Shown here piece after piece: positions 51,555 through 61,625 of a DNA stretch of 64,000 nucleotides (positions are counted from its first letter, which is position 1; each line of letters opens with the position of its first letter). This stretch comes from Hyphomicrobium sp. 2TAF46. GTDB taxonomy: Bacteria; Pseudomonadota; Alphaproteobacteria; Rhizobiales; Hyphomicrobiaceae. The notes beneath the pieces are model-generated. The model was not told the DNA's origin, made no database searches, and was given only the letters and a program-made list of their open reading frames with translations. Made by a program: the position numbers and the translations under genes. The stretch lies in the NCBI RefSeq assembly GCF_052114865.1, contig NZ_JBFRFO010000008.1:210583-274582 (forward strand), written 5' to 3'.

Positions 51555-52648
51555 CGTCGCTCAACTCTGCTCGGGAACGCCATCCGCTCGACGGAACTCT
51601 GGCTGACTGGCTGGATGGCAACGCCGATGCGCTCGACAGGGAGCAGTTTGCGGCATCGAGGGTCCTGGCCGCACTGACAAACGCGCGGGTAACTCGGATC
51701 GGAGTTCCGAAAGACATCGGCGGCGATGGGGGCACGCTCCCAGAGGCGGTTCGCGCCATCGCCGACGTTGCAGAACGGTCTCTAGCCGCCGCATTCGTCC
51801 TCTGGGGACACCGCGCATATATTGAATACCTCCTTCAAAGTCCGAACGCAGGGCTGCGGAACAGATTATTGCCCCGCCTGCTCGAGGGCTCGCTTGCCGG
51901 CGCCACGGGACTCTCCAATGCCATGAAATTCCTCGCAGGGATCGAAGACCTGCAATTTCTCGGGCGTGAGAACGGCGGCCGGTGGGTGGTGACCGGCAAG
52001 CTGCCGTTCGTGACAAATCTCCGAGCGCCGGAGTTTCACGTCGCGGTGGCAATCTCGCGGGATGATCGGCCTCCATTCATCGTTTCGCTTGCATCCGATG
52101 ATCCAGGGCTTTCGAGATCCGAGGACCTCGACCTCCTCGGCCTGCGCTCGACCAATACCGCTTCGATCTCGGCCTCCGGGATCGATATCGGCGACGACCG
52201 TATCATTCACGACGATGCAACGACGTGGCTCCCGCAGATCCGGCCGGCATTTCTCGGTTTACAGTGCGGCCTGTCCCTTGGCTTGGCGCGGCGGTCCCTG
52301 CAGGAAGCGCGGGTCGGCGCAGGATCCGGCAGCAACGTTCTTAGCCAAACCATCGCCGACGCGGCGGCCGCGCTCGATCATCAAGAGCACGCACTCCTTG
52401 AAGGATTGCAGCACAATACTTTCCAACACGGAGCCCCGGCGTTGTTCCGCATCAGGATCGCACTTGCCGAGATCGTCGCCAGTGCCGTCGCCCTGGAACT
52501 GCAGGCAACCGGTGGTCGAGCCTATCTCAACAACGCTGGCAGCTCGTTCGGCCGTCGATGGCGCGAGGCCGCCTTCATTCCGATCATCACGCCCAGCATC
52601 GTCCAATTGAAGACGGCCTTGGCACGCCATCCGGCCGTTTCCGCATGA
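51551..52648 (+). CDS. acyl-CoA dehydrogenase-like flavin monooxygenase (SfnB/DszC-type)
   Basis: ACAD fold without a clear CoA site; context with LLM monooxygenase and sulfonate-type ABC transporter. ATGA overlap with upstream gene. Confidence 0.55.
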   Translation: MTSLNSARERHPLDGTLADWLDGNADALDREQFAASRVLAALTNARVTRIGVPKDIGGDGGTLPEAVRAIADVAERSLAAAFVLWGHRAYIEYLLQSPNAGLRNRLLPRLLEGSLAGATGLSNAMKFLAGIEDLQFLGRENGGRWVVTGKLPFVTNLRAPEFHVAVAISRDDRPPFIVSLASDDPGLSRSEDLDLLGLRSTNTASISASGIDIGDDRIIHDDATTWLPQIRPAFLGLQCGLSLGLARRSLQEARVGAGSGSNVLSQTIADAAAALDHQEHALLEGLQHNTFQHGAPALFRIRIALAEIVASAVALELQATGGRAYLNNAGSSFGRRWREAAFIPIITPSIVQLKTALARHPAVSA

Positions 52649-53424
52649 CCAATACACGGCAGGCGGTTCTGACAGCGACAAATCTCGCGCTGCGCTACGG
52701 CTCCGCTGGGCTTCCGGTGCTCGCGGATTTTGACCTCTCTCTGGCAGCAGGCGAAATTCTGACTCTGCTTGGCCCGAGCGGCGTCGGCAAGTCGAGCTTG
52801 CTGCGCGTTCTAGGCGGCCTTCAGGCGCCGTCCGCCGGAGAAGTCAGAATGAAGGGCGTGCCACTGCGCGATGTCCACCCACGCGTTGCCGTCGCATTCC
52901 AGAATCCCGGATTGCTGCCGTGGCTATCGCTGGAACGCAACGTCGCCTTTGGCCTCGATTTCAAGCGCCAGCCGCTGCTGGCGAAAGCGGAACGCAAGGC
53001 CCGCGTCGACCGCGCCATCTCGGAGGTTGGCTTAACGCATGCCCGACGCCTTTACCCCCTCGCGTTGTCCGGAGGCATGGCGCAACGCGCTTCGCTCGCG
53101 CGCTGCTTGGCGCGTCAACCGGACGTCCTGCTTCTCGATGAGCCATTCGGTGCGCTGGACGAGGTTACGCGCGCCGATATGCAGCAACTGCTTCTGAAGG
53201 TCGTCGCTGACTTTGGAACGGCGGTCGTCCTCATCACGCACGATATCGATGAGGCGCTTCTCGTCTCGGATCGCATCATTCTCATCGGCGGTTCACCCGC
53301 GTGCGCAGTCGCGCACTGGGACATCGATATTTCCCAACCTCGCGCGAACCACCTGGCCGAGCTCGGCCAGATCCGCATCGAGATCGTCAAAGCTCTGCAG
53401 AAAGTATCGCTTCGGCCCCACTGA
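52645..53424 (+). CDS. ABC transporter ATP-binding protein (NitT/TauT/Ssu type)
   Basis: Walker A GPSGVGKSS, signature LSGGMAQRASLARCL, Walker B LLLDEPFGALD. ATGA overlap with upstream gene. Confidence 0.85.
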   Translation: MTNTRQAVLTATNLALRYGSAGLPVLADFDLSLAAGEILTLLGPSGVGKSSLLRVLGGLQAPSAGEVRMKGVPLRDVHPRVAVAFQNPGLLPWLSLERNVAFGLDFKRQPLLAKAERKARVDRAISEVGLTHARRLYPLALSGGMAQRASLARCLARQPDVLLLDEPFGALDEVTRADMQQLLLKVVADFGTAVVLITHDIDEALLVSDRIILIGGSPACAVAHWDIDISQPRANHLAELGQIRIEIVKALQKVSLRPH

Positions 53425-53444
53425 GCCGCATTTGGAGATGGTCT

Positions 53445-54629
53445 ATGAACGAAGAGTATTTTTCCCGCCGGGATATCGTCAAGCTTTCGGCGCTGCTGAC
53501 GGCGGCGGGGACCCTGCCTCTCATCGACGCCTTCAATTCCCGCGCCTTTGCGGCCGATGAGCCGGTCAAGATCGGCTACCTTCCGATAACGGATGCCACG
53601 CCGTTGCTCGTTGCGCACGCCAACGGGCTGTTCGAGGCGGAAGGAATAACGGCGGAAAAGCCCGTGCTCTTCAGAAGCTGGTCGCAGCTCGTGGAAGCTT
53701 TCGTTTCTGGACAGGTCAACGTCGTCCACGTTCTGTCGCCGATTGCGGTCTGGGCGCGATACGGCAGCAAGGTGCCGGCGAAGGTCGTTGCCTGGAATCA
53801 CACAGCCGGGTCGGCGCTAACCGTTTCCAAGGACATCGCATCGGTGAAGGACTTGGGAGGCAAGACGATCGCCATCCCGTTCTGGTATTCGATCCACAAC
53901 ATCGTCCTGCAGGAGCTTTTGCGCGCCAACGGGCTGACGCCCGTTACCAAGAAAGCCGCTGTTGCCGCCAACGAGGTCAATCTCGTCATCCTGCCGCCCC
54001 CGGACATGGTGCCGGCACTCGCGTCGAAGCAGATCGCGGGCTACATCGTTGCCGAGCCGTTCAACGCGGCGGGCGAGGCCCTGGGCGTCGGCAAAATTCT
54101 GCGCTTCACGGGCGACGTTTGGAAGGACCATGCTTGCTGCGTCGTGCTGGTTCACGAGCGAAATTTGGACGAGCGGGCGGATTGGTCTCAAAAGGTCGTC
54201 AATGCTCTCGTCAAGGCGCAGATCTGGACACGTGCCAATAGGGCCGAGACCGCCAAGCTACTCTCGAAGGACGGTGCCAACAAATACACCCCGCACGCGG
54301 TGGAAGTTCTGACCAAGGTTCTCTCGCCCGAGAAAACCGACGTTGCGGGCTACGTCGCATCGGGCGCAATCTTGCATGAAGACTGGCACGCGCAGCGGAT
54401 TGATTTTCAGCCCTATCCCTACCCGAGCTACACCGAAGAGCTTGTCGGTCTTCTCAAGAAGACGCTCGTCGAAGGAGACAAGGGTTTTCTTGAAGCCCTC
54501 GATCCTGCCTTCGCGGCGAAGGATCTGGTCAACGACAGCTTCGTCAAGAAAGCCATTGCTGCAAATGGCGGGCTTGCAGCCTTTGGCCTGCCTGAGCAGT
54601 TCGAGCGCAAGGAAGTGATCGCTACGTGA
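53445..54629 (+). CDS. ABC transporter substrate-binding protein (SsuA/NMT1-like), Tat signal
   Basis: Twin-arginine leader MNEEYFSRRDIVKLSALLTAAGTLPL…AFAADEP. Binding-protein core IGYLPITDATPLLVAHANG. GGAGA SD. Confidence 0.75.
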   Translation: MNEEYFSRRDIVKLSALLTAAGTLPLIDAFNSRAFAADEPVKIGYLPITDATPLLVAHANGLFEAEGITAEKPVLFRSWSQLVEAFVSGQVNVVHVLSPIAVWARYGSKVPAKVVAWNHTAGSALTVSKDIASVKDLGGKTIAIPFWYSIHNIVLQELLRANGLTPVTKKAAVAANEVNLVILPPPDMVPALASKQIAGYIVAEPFNAAGEALGVGKILRFTGDVWKDHACCVVLVHERNLDERADWSQKVVNALVKAQIWTRANRAETAKLLSKDGANKYTPHAVEVLTKVLSPEKTDVAGYVASGAILHEDWHAQRIDFQPYPYPSYTEELVGLLKKTLVEGDKGFLEALDPAFAAKDLVNDSFVKKAIAANGGLAAFGLPEQFERKEVIAT

Positions 54630-55471
54630 GCGATATCGCCGGAAGGCGTTTGCAAGCGCGAGCGAAGAGCGACGAAGCATCACCCGCACGCCTGGAGGGT
54701 CGCTTCAATGCGCGACCGCTGCTCGGCATTCTGGGATTTGCGGTCGTCATCACGCTTTGGTGGGCGTCGATACACGTCTTCGCGGCCCCCGGCGGACTGG
54801 CGGAGCGGTTTTCGCCTTCGTCGGCCTTTACAGCTCTGCTGACGCTTGCAACCTCATCTGATCTTCCGATCAACATCCTGGTAAGCCTCAAACGCATACT
54901 GGTAGGGCTTGTCTTCGCTCTCGTTATCGGCGTCCCCGCCGGGCTCGTCGTCGGGCTCAGCAAGACGGCCGATGCCACGACATCGGTCGCTTTTCAGTTC
55001 TTGCGAATGATCTCGCCGCTTTCGTGGATGCCGATCGCGGTCATGGTGCTTGGGGTCGGCGACTATCCAATCTACTTTCTCCTGACGTTCGCAGCGGTTT
55101 GGCCAATCCTCTTGAGCACGGCGGCTGGGGTGCGCAGTCTCGATCCCGCTTGGATCCAGCTGTCACGCAGCCTGGCGGCCACGCGTTTCGAGACACTGGT
55201 TCATGTCGTCATTCCGGGCGTTCTGGGGCATGTGTTGACCGGCACGCGTCTCGCCATCGGCATCCTCTGGATCGTGCTCGTGCCATGCGAGATGCTCGGA
55301 GTTTCTGCGGGCCTCGGCTACTTCATTCTCGATACCAGGGACCGGCTCGCCTATTCCGAGCTGACGGCTACGGTTCTCGTCATCGGCTTCCTGGGCTTTC
55401 TCCTCGACTGGGTTGCCGGCGCTTTGCATCGAACTTGGACCGGGGGGCCCAGACGCGTCTCTCGATCCTAA
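54626..55471 (+). CDS. ABC transporter permease (NitT/TauT type)
   Basis: 6 TM; EAA-like loop region SLAATRFETLVHVVIPG. GTG start overlapping binding-protein stop. Confidence 0.8.
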   Translation: MSDIAGRRLQARAKSDEASPARLEGRFNARPLLGILGFAVVITLWWASIHVFAAPGGLAERFSPSSAFTALLTLATSSDLPINILVSLKRILVGLVFALVIGVPAGLVVGLSKTADATTSVAFQFLRMISPLSWMPIAVMVLGVGDYPIYFLLTFAAVWPILLSTAAGVRSLDPAWIQLSRSLAATRFETLVHVVIPGVLGHVLTGTRLAIGILWIVLVPCEMLGVSAGLGYFILDTRDRLAYSELTATVLVIGFLGFLLDWVAGALHRTWTGGPRRVSRS

Positions 55472-56802
55472 ATAGACTTTACGAAAAAGCGGTTCTCGGG
55501 GCGCCGCAATCCGAGGTGCTCTCTCAATGTTGTACCTTCGTAGTCCCGGCGGAATATCCCGCGCTGTTGTAGCTCGGGGATGACCCGATCGACGAAATCG
55601 TCAAGGCCGCCCGGCAGCCAAGGAAACAGGACGTTAAACCCGTCCGAGGCTCGGCTCTTGAGCCATTCCTCCATCTCGTCGGCGATGGAAGTCGGCGTTC
55701 CGACAAAGGCGAGACCTGCATAGCTTCCAGCCTTCTGAGCGAGCTGGCGGATCGTCAGGTTCTTCGACTTCGCGGCAGCCACAAGGCGCTGGCGCGCACT
55801 TTTGCTGGCGTTGGTTTCGGGAATCTCTGGGAGCGGTCCATCAGGATCGAAGGCCGACACGTCATATCCGAGAAGACTGTTCAAAGAGCCGATGCCACTG
55901 TCGTAGTGGACAAGGCTGTCGAGGTGCGCGCGCTTCGCCCGTGCCTCCTCAATGGTATCGCCGACGACGACAAACGCAGCAGGCAGGATCTTGAGACAAT
56001 CGGGATCTCGCCCGATCGCCTGCATTCGTCCCTTTACGTCGGAATAAAATGCTTTGCCTGCTGCCAAGTTCGACTCGGCGCCGAACACGACCTCTGCCGT
56101 TTCGGCGGCGAGCTGGCGTCCCGCCTCTGACGCGCCAGCTTGCACGATGACCGGCCAACCCTGCACCGGCCGGGCTATGTTGAGTGGGCCGCGCACCGAA
56201 AGCTCTGGGCCCTTGTGCGCCAGCACATGCAGCCGAGCAGGATCGAAAAAGATGCCGGCTTCGACATCGCGGACGAAGGCGTCATCAGCGAAACTGTCCC
56301 AAAGGCCGGTCACGACGTCGAAGAACTCGCGTGCGCGAACGTATCGCGCGTCGTGATCGAGGTGCGATTCATATCCAAAGTTCAATGCAGCATCGGGATT
56401 GGCCGTGGTCACGATATTCCAGCCGGCGCGTCCGTTGCTGATATGATCAAGCGACGCGAAGCGCCGGGCGATATGATAGGGCTCGTCGAACGTAGTAGAT
56501 GCGGTTGCGATGAGCCCTATGCGCTCGGTCGTGACGGCAAGCGCAGAAAGCAGAGTAAAGGGTTCGAACGAGGTCACTGTGTGGCTGCGCTTCAGCGCAC
56601 CCATCGGCATGTTCAGCAAGGCGAGATGGTCGGCCATGAAAAACGCATCAAACTTCGCCGCTTCGAGCTTTTGCGCGAAGGCCTTTAGATGGCCGAAGTT
56701 GAAGTTTGCATCCGGATAAGCACCTGGATAACGCCAAGCGCCGGTGTGGATGCTGACCGGCCGCATGAAGGCGCCGAGATGCAGTTGGCGTGATTGGCTC
56801 AT
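55468..56802 (-). CDS. LLM-class FMN-dependent monooxygenase (NtaA/SnaA/DszA family)
   Basis: MSQSRQLHLGAFMRPVSIHTGAWRYPGAYPDANFNF N-terminus characteristic of the DszA/NtaA subfamily. About 444 aa. Confidence 0.8.
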   Translation of the reverse strand: MSQSRQLHLGAFMRPVSIHTGAWRYPGAYPDANFNFGHLKAFAQKLEAAKFDAFFMADHLALLNMPMGALKRSHTVTSFEPFTLLSALAVTTERIGLIATASTTFDEPYHIARRFASLDHISNGRAGWNIVTTANPDAALNFGYESHLDHDARYVRAREFFDVVTGLWDSFADDAFVRDVEAGIFFDPARLHVLAHKGPELSVRGPLNIARPVQGWPVIVQAGASEAGRQLAAETAEVVFGAESNLAAGKAFYSDVKGRMQAIGRDPDCLKILPAAFVVVGDTIEEARAKRAHLDSLVHYDSGIGSLNSLLGYDVSAFDPDGPLPEIPETNASKSARQRLVAAAKSKNLTIRQLAQKAGSYAGLAFVGTPTSIADEMEEWLKSRASDGFNVLFPWLPGGLDDFVDRVIPELQQRGIFRRDYEGTTLREHLGLRRPENRFFVKSI

Positions 56803-57068
56803 GAGGCATACTTTCTAGACCGCCCGCGTGAGCAGAAGAAAACAGGTTGCGTGAGGACGCCAATCCTGACGATCTCACCGCAAGGGCACATCGCACCAAG
56901 CCTGTTTTCAAATTTTCAGCAAAACGCGGACTGGTCTACGGCATCGGGCCAAATTTGGTCCAGACGTCACCCTCAACGCCTTGGCGCATCTTGGGAAGCG
57001 TGCGGCTTAGACGCTGACGTGAAATCCATATGACCCTCCCCATGCGACAGCTTCGCGCTGCAACGTAA

Positions 57069-57083
57069 GCATTGCTGCAATGC
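57069..57083. promoter_or_regulatory. perfect 15-nt palindrome GCATTGC-T-GCAATGC, candidate operator
   Basis: Read directly. Lies in the divergent region between the LLM gene (minus) and the small-gene trio (plus), about 95 nt upstream of ATG 57179. Confidence 0.35.
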
Positions 57084-57178
57084 AACAAAGTGGCGTTTTA
57101 TTATGCAGGATCTGTGGCTTAATGCCTTGATTCTAGTCACGCGCCAATCGCGACCCCGATATCCGGAAGGAAGCACCA

Positions 57179-57430
57179 ATGTCGTCCTTGAGATCAGCTG
57201 CACTGATGTCGTTCTTCTCTGACGTGTCGTTGGTCGATGTATGGCGAGTTGCTTGCCGTGGCTATCGGGACGAAAGCGCAGCGCCTCTTGAGGTGGCGCA
57301 TGCCACCCGCTTCGCGGCGCCAGTTCAGCCCTCGATCGGGAAGAAGTTCGCAACGCCGCCGTCTCATATCGACAGAGACGGAACCCGACGTAGCCTATCG
57401 GCGAATTTGACTCTGCCGCACAGCCAGTAG
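57179..57430 (+). CDS. hypothetical small protein (83 aa)
   Basis: ORF with GGAAG 8 nt upstream. No recognisable motif. First of three closely spaced plus-strand ORFs. Confidence 0.3.
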   Translation: MSSLRSAALMSFFSDVSLVDVWRVACRGYRDESAAPLEVAHATRFAAPVQPSIGKKFATPPSHIDRDGTRRSLSANLTLPHSQ

Positions 57431-57439
57431 GGTGATGCA

Positions 57440-57754
57440 ATGCCGGGGTTTATTGCAGCAAGGCAAACGCAGACCGTTGAGTATTTTATTCTGAGAGATG
57501 TGACGCGCCACGGCCGTGCCATCGGCGTCTTTTCCGGAACTCCCATTTCTGAAGCGATCGTCGATGCCTTCGGTCGGCGCTACATCTTCTCCGGCATCGC
57601 ACCACGCACGTGGTCCGGAAAATTCAACGTCGAATGCCTGGGCACTGGAGAATTCATCCTTCCGCCAGGCTTGGTTTATCGCTTGGTCATGAAACAGAAG
57701 ACGCCGTGGTGGCGGTCTCTCGTCGAGCAGATGATGCCCAAGCAGGCTCCTTAA
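57440..57754 (+). CDS. hypothetical small protein (104 aa)
   Basis: ATG 9 nt after previous stop with GGGTGA SD. Coding-like codon pattern. No family recognised. Confidence 0.45.
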   Translation: MPGFIAARQTQTVEYFILRDVTRHGRAIGVFSGTPISEAIVDAFGRRYIFSGIAPRTWSGKFNVECLGTGEFILPPGLVYRLVMKQKTPWWRSLVEQMMPKQAP

Positions 57755-57788
57755 GCCCTCATCAAATTTCGTGTACGCGGAGCAAGTT

Positions 57789-58112
57789 ATGTCAGGTGAA
57801 AGAAGACTCTTGGCGCAAATGAGTGTCGGCTGGCCATGGGATAAGCCGCTCATGGTGCGTCCCGAGCTTGAGTGCGACCTCGTCGAACTCAACGATAGGA
57901 TCTTCGACGCGATCAGCCTGGAAGATTCCTTCTTCTGGCACGACAAAATCGTCGAGCGTCTTGATCTTGAGGTGGCCGCGCTTCTGGTCTCTGACGATGC
58001 CTTCGACCACAAGGGAATTCCCAATATCCGTAAGCTCCAGGCGGTCTATGCCAAGCAAATGGAATACCTCCGCACGGCGATTGCGGAGAGCGCCACTCTG
58101 AGCTGGCCCTGA
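57789..58112 (+). CDS. hypothetical small protein (107 aa)
   Basis: GGAG 7 nt before ATG 57789. Acidic protein, no family recognised. Confidence 0.45.
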   Translation: MSGERRLLAQMSVGWPWDKPLMVRPELECDLVELNDRIFDAISLEDSFFWHDKIVERLDLEVAALLVSDDAFDHKGIPNIRKLQAVYAKQMEYLRTAIAESATLSWP

Positions 58113-58458
58113 TGGAATGGGAACCACCTCCAACACATGTGGAGGTCGTAGGTGCAGAAGCGGGGCGAGTGCGCCGGGACCTCATAGACCGACATCGGGC
58201 TGGCGCATCGCGCGCACTCACTTGCTGCCTCACAAAGCGTATCAGCAACTCGTTGCTCTGTTGACGCGCCGGCGGCAGTGCTGATCGGCGGCGTCGCTCG
58301 TTGGCTGCATAACGCGTGGGCAAATGCCGCCGCGGATAACTGTCAAATTTGTCTCATATACTGCAGCCTATAACTTCGTGAAAAAACAATATGGTGCAGG
58401 GAGCGCCAAACGAACCCGGGCGTGACCAATCAATATTGATGCGCGTGGAGAGACGCTC

Positions 58459-60219
58459 TTGCGAGATGGCTCTATTCTACCGACGGACAACAAAGATCGG
58501 CTGTCCTCTGAGCGCCTTATTGATCAGACCGCGCTCGCTGGCCTTGGGCATCTTACGTCTGGGCTTTCGCCGATCGGCCTCACCTTAGCGGTACTGGATT
58601 GGGGGCTGCATCTTGCGGCCGCTCCAGGAAAACGTCTCGCGCTTGCCGAAGAGTACGGTCGGCTTGTGGCGGACGCAATGCAGCGCGTTGCGGGCGGCCC
58701 GCAGGAGCCGTCATCCGAGACGAAAGATTCGCCGCGAGGCGATCCTCGCTTTTCGGGCGAGGCCTGGAATCAGTTTCCGTTTCAGTTCTGGGCGAACACC
58801 TTCTGCGCCGTCGAGGATTGGTGGACCAGTGCGACGCGCGGTGTGCCGGGGGTGTCTCCTCACCATGAAGCCGTTGTCTCCTTCGCCGTGCGCCAATGGC
58901 TCGACATATGGTCGCCATCCAATTCGCCGTTGGCAAACCCGGCCGTTGCGCAGCAGACGATGCGAGAAGGCGGTCTGAACCTCATCAGGGGTGCACAGAT
59001 CTGGCTTGAAGACGCCGAGCGTCTTGCGGCTCGGAGGCCGCCGGCAGGCGTCGAGGCGTTCAAGGTTGGCGAGACTGTCGCTGCAACGCCAGGCCAAGTC
59101 GTCTTTCGCAATCATCTGATCGAGCTGATCCAGTACTCCCCTGCGGGAGAGACCGTGCATGCAGAGCCGGTGCTGATCGTTCCGGCATGGATCATGAAGT
59201 ATTATATTCTTGATCTCTCGCCCCGCAATTCGCTGATCAAATATCTGGTCGATCAGGGCTTTACCGTCTTCTGCATTTCCTGGCGCAACGTCACGGAAGA
59301 GGACCGAAATCTATCGCTGGAGGACTACCGCCGGCTTGGCGTTATGGCGGCGCTCGACACGATTTCAGCCATTGTGCCGAACCGGCAGGTGCATGCGGCC
59401 GGGTATTGCCTCGGTGGGACGCTTCTTTCCATTGCAGCGGCGGCGATGGCCGAAACGGGTGATCATCGAATTAAAAGCATGACGCTCTTTGCCGCCCAGA
59501 CCGATTTTACGGAGCCCGGCGAACTTCAGTTGTTCATTGACGATAGCCAGGTGGCACTGCTGGAAGCACTGATGTGGCAGAGCGGTACGCTCGATTCTTC
59601 GCAAATGGCCGGTGCCTTCCAACTTCTAAAATCCAATGACCTGATCTGGTCGCACATGATCCATGATTACCTCATGGGTCAGCGCACGCCGATGATTGAT
59701 TTGATGGCCTGGAACGCGGATGCCACGCGTATGCCCTTCCAGATGCACTCGGACTATCTGCGTAAACTCTTCTTGCGCAATGATCTTGCCAGCGGCCGCT
59801 ACGTTGTCGACGGCAATCCCATCGCGATCCAGAATATCCGTGCTCCGATTTTTTCAGTCGGAACCGAACGCGATCATATCGCGCCCTGGCATTCGGTCTA
59901 CAAGATCCACTATCTGGCCGATACCGACGTGACATTCGTACTGACGAATGGCGGCCACAACGCGGGGATCGTCAATGAGCCGGGGCATTCAAATCGTCAT
60001 TTCCGTCTGCTGACCAAAGCAGCGAATGATATTTGCTTAAGCGCCGATGAGTGGTTTTCCGCAGCTCCCGTCCAAGATGGCTCGTGGTGGCCAGTTTGGA
60101 CGGCTTGGCTCGCTGCCCATTCGTCGTCCGAGAGAATTCCGCCGCCGAGTATGGGGTCCGAGGTCAATGGCTTTGCGCCATTGGGTGCGGCGCCCGGAAC
60201 CTATGTGCTGCAACGATGA
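58459..60219 (+). CDS. phaC: class I poly(3-hydroxyalkanoate) synthase
   Basis: Alpha/beta-hydrolase lipase box GYCLGGTLL (G-x-C-x-G), conserved PhaC blocks (PVLIVPAWIMKYYILDL, FCISWRN). TTG start at 58459; first in-frame ATG is about 70 codons in. Confidence 0.85.
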   Translation: MRDGSILPTDNKDRLSSERLIDQTALAGLGHLTSGLSPIGLTLAVLDWGLHLAAAPGKRLALAEEYGRLVADAMQRVAGGPQEPSSETKDSPRGDPRFSGEAWNQFPFQFWANTFCAVEDWWTSATRGVPGVSPHHEAVVSFAVRQWLDIWSPSNSPLANPAVAQQTMREGGLNLIRGAQIWLEDAERLAARRPPAGVEAFKVGETVAATPGQVVFRNHLIELIQYSPAGETVHAEPVLIVPAWIMKYYILDLSPRNSLIKYLVDQGFTVFCISWRNVTEEDRNLSLEDYRRLGVMAALDTISAIVPNRQVHAAGYCLGGTLLSIAAAAMAETGDHRIKSMTLFAAQTDFTEPGELQLFIDDSQVALLEALMWQSGTLDSSQMAGAFQLLKSNDLIWSHMIHDYLMGQRTPMIDLMAWNADATRMPFQMHSDYLRKLFLRNDLASGRYVVDGNPIAIQNIRAPIFSVGTERDHIAPWHSVYKIHYLADTDVTFVLTNGGHNAGIVNEPGHSNRHFRLLTKAANDICLSADEWFSAAPVQDGSWWPVWTAWLAAHSSSERIPPPSMGSEVNGFAPLGAAPGTYVLQR

Positions 60220-61625
60220 CCGCTGTAATCCCACAGATCCGTCTGACCAATCGGACTTTCGAAGAGCTCGAAGTTGGCGAGAGCGCATCGCTCGTCCGTC
60301 TGGTCAGCGAGGACGATATCAAGCTGTTCGCGGCCACGTCCGGAGACGTCAATCCCGCGCATCTCGATCCCGCGTATGCAGCGACCGATATTTTCGGCCA
60401 CGTCGTCATCCATGGCATGTGGACTGCGGCTCTGTTGTCCACGCTTCTCGGCACACAATTGCCGGGGCCGGGGACGATCTACCTCGGCCAGGACTTGCGC
60501 TTTCGCCGCCCGGTCGCTCCGGGCGATACCGTCACAGCAACCGTCACGGTACGCGAGAAGAAGCCGGAAAAACGGATTGTTGTTCTCGATACGCTGTGCG
60601 TCAACCAGGACGGCAAGGAGGTATTGTCGGGCCAGGCAACCGTCATCGCGCCAGCTGAAAAGCTGAGCTTGCCGCGTATCCCCGTGCCCGAAGTTGCGCT
60701 GCGCCGGAACAGTCGTTTCGATCAGCTCCTTGAACAGGCGAAAGCGCTTCCGGCATTGCCGACAGCGGTTGTCCATCCGTGCAGCCCGGAGGCCATCGCT
60801 GCAGCGATTGAGGCCAGGGCCGAAGGTTTGATCGAGCCCGTTCTCGTAGGGCCGCCTCGCAAAATTGCGGCCGCGGCCGAGAAGGCTGGCGTTTCGATCA
60901 ACGGCCTGCGCGTCGAGGCGACTGAACATAGCCACGCCGCAGCAGCGAGAGCCGTTGAGCTTGCCGCAGCAGGGACCGTTCATGCCTTGATGAAGGGCAG
61001 CCTGCATACCGACGAATTGCTTGGCGCAGTCATCGGCGCGCAATCAGGTCTACGGACGGATCGGCGCATCAGTCATGTCTACGTGCTCGATGTGCCTGCA
61101 TATCCCAAGCCCCTGATCGTGACGGACGCGGCGATCAACATTATGCCGACGCTCGAGCAGAAACGGGATATCTGTCAGAACGCCATCGATCTCATGCATG
61201 TGCTTGGGATCCCCGTGCCGCTGGTCGCGATTCTCGCCGCGGTCGAAACGGTCAATCCGGCGATGCCCGCGACACTCGAAGCAGCCGCCCTGACAGTGAT
61301 GGCGGCGCGTGGTCAGATCACCGGCGCAAAACTCGACGGACCGCTTGCCTTCGACAATGCCGTCAACCTCGACTCCGCGCGTATCAAGGAAATCGTGTCG
61401 CCCGTTGCGGGCAGGGCCGACATCCTCGTTGTTCCTAACCTGGAAGCCGGCAACATGCTCGCCAAGCAGCTCATCTATCTCGCCGGTGCCGACGCTGCTG
61501 GCCTGGTGCTTGGCGCGCGCGTACCGATCATCCTGACCAGCCGGGCCGATACGCTGCGCGTGCGGCTGGTTTCCGCCGCGTTGGCTAAGCTCGTCGCAGA
61601 ACGCCGGACCGGCGCGTTGGCATGA
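60216..61625 (+). CDS. bifunctional MaoC-like (R)-specific enoyl-CoA hydratase / phosphate acyltransferase (Pta/Ptb family)
   Basis: N-terminal hot-dog MaoC domain (SGDVNPAHLDPAYAA…HGMWTAAL), C-terminal phosphotransacylase domain (ILVVPNLEAGNMLAKQL, PIILTSRADT). ATGA overlap with phaC stop. Confidence 0.8.
   Translation: MTAVIPQIRLTNRTFEELEVGESASLVRLVSEDDIKLFAATSGDVNPAHLDPAYAATDIFGHVVIHGMWTAALLSTLLGTQLPGPGTIYLGQDLRFRRPVAPGDTVTATVTVREKKPEKRIVVLDTLCVNQDGKEVLSGQATVIAPAEKLSLPRIPVPEVALRRNSRFDQLLEQAKALPALPTAVVHPCSPEAIAAAIEARAEGLIEPVLVGPPRKIAAAAEKAGVSINGLRVEATEHSHAAAARAVELAAAGTVHALMKGSLHTDELLGAVIGAQSGLRTDRRISHVYVLDVPAYPKPLIVTDAAINIMPTLEQKRDICQNAIDLMHVLGIPVPLVAILAAVETVNPAMPATLEAAALTVMAARGQITGAKLDGPLAFDNAVNLDSARIKEIVSPVAGRADILVVPNLEAGNMLAKQLIYLAGADAAGLVLGARVPIILTSRADTLRVRLVSAALAKLVAERRTGALA

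Noticed and set aside
60201-61043. 280-aa minus-strand ORF
   Set aside because: Antisense to the MaoC::phosphotransacylase gene.
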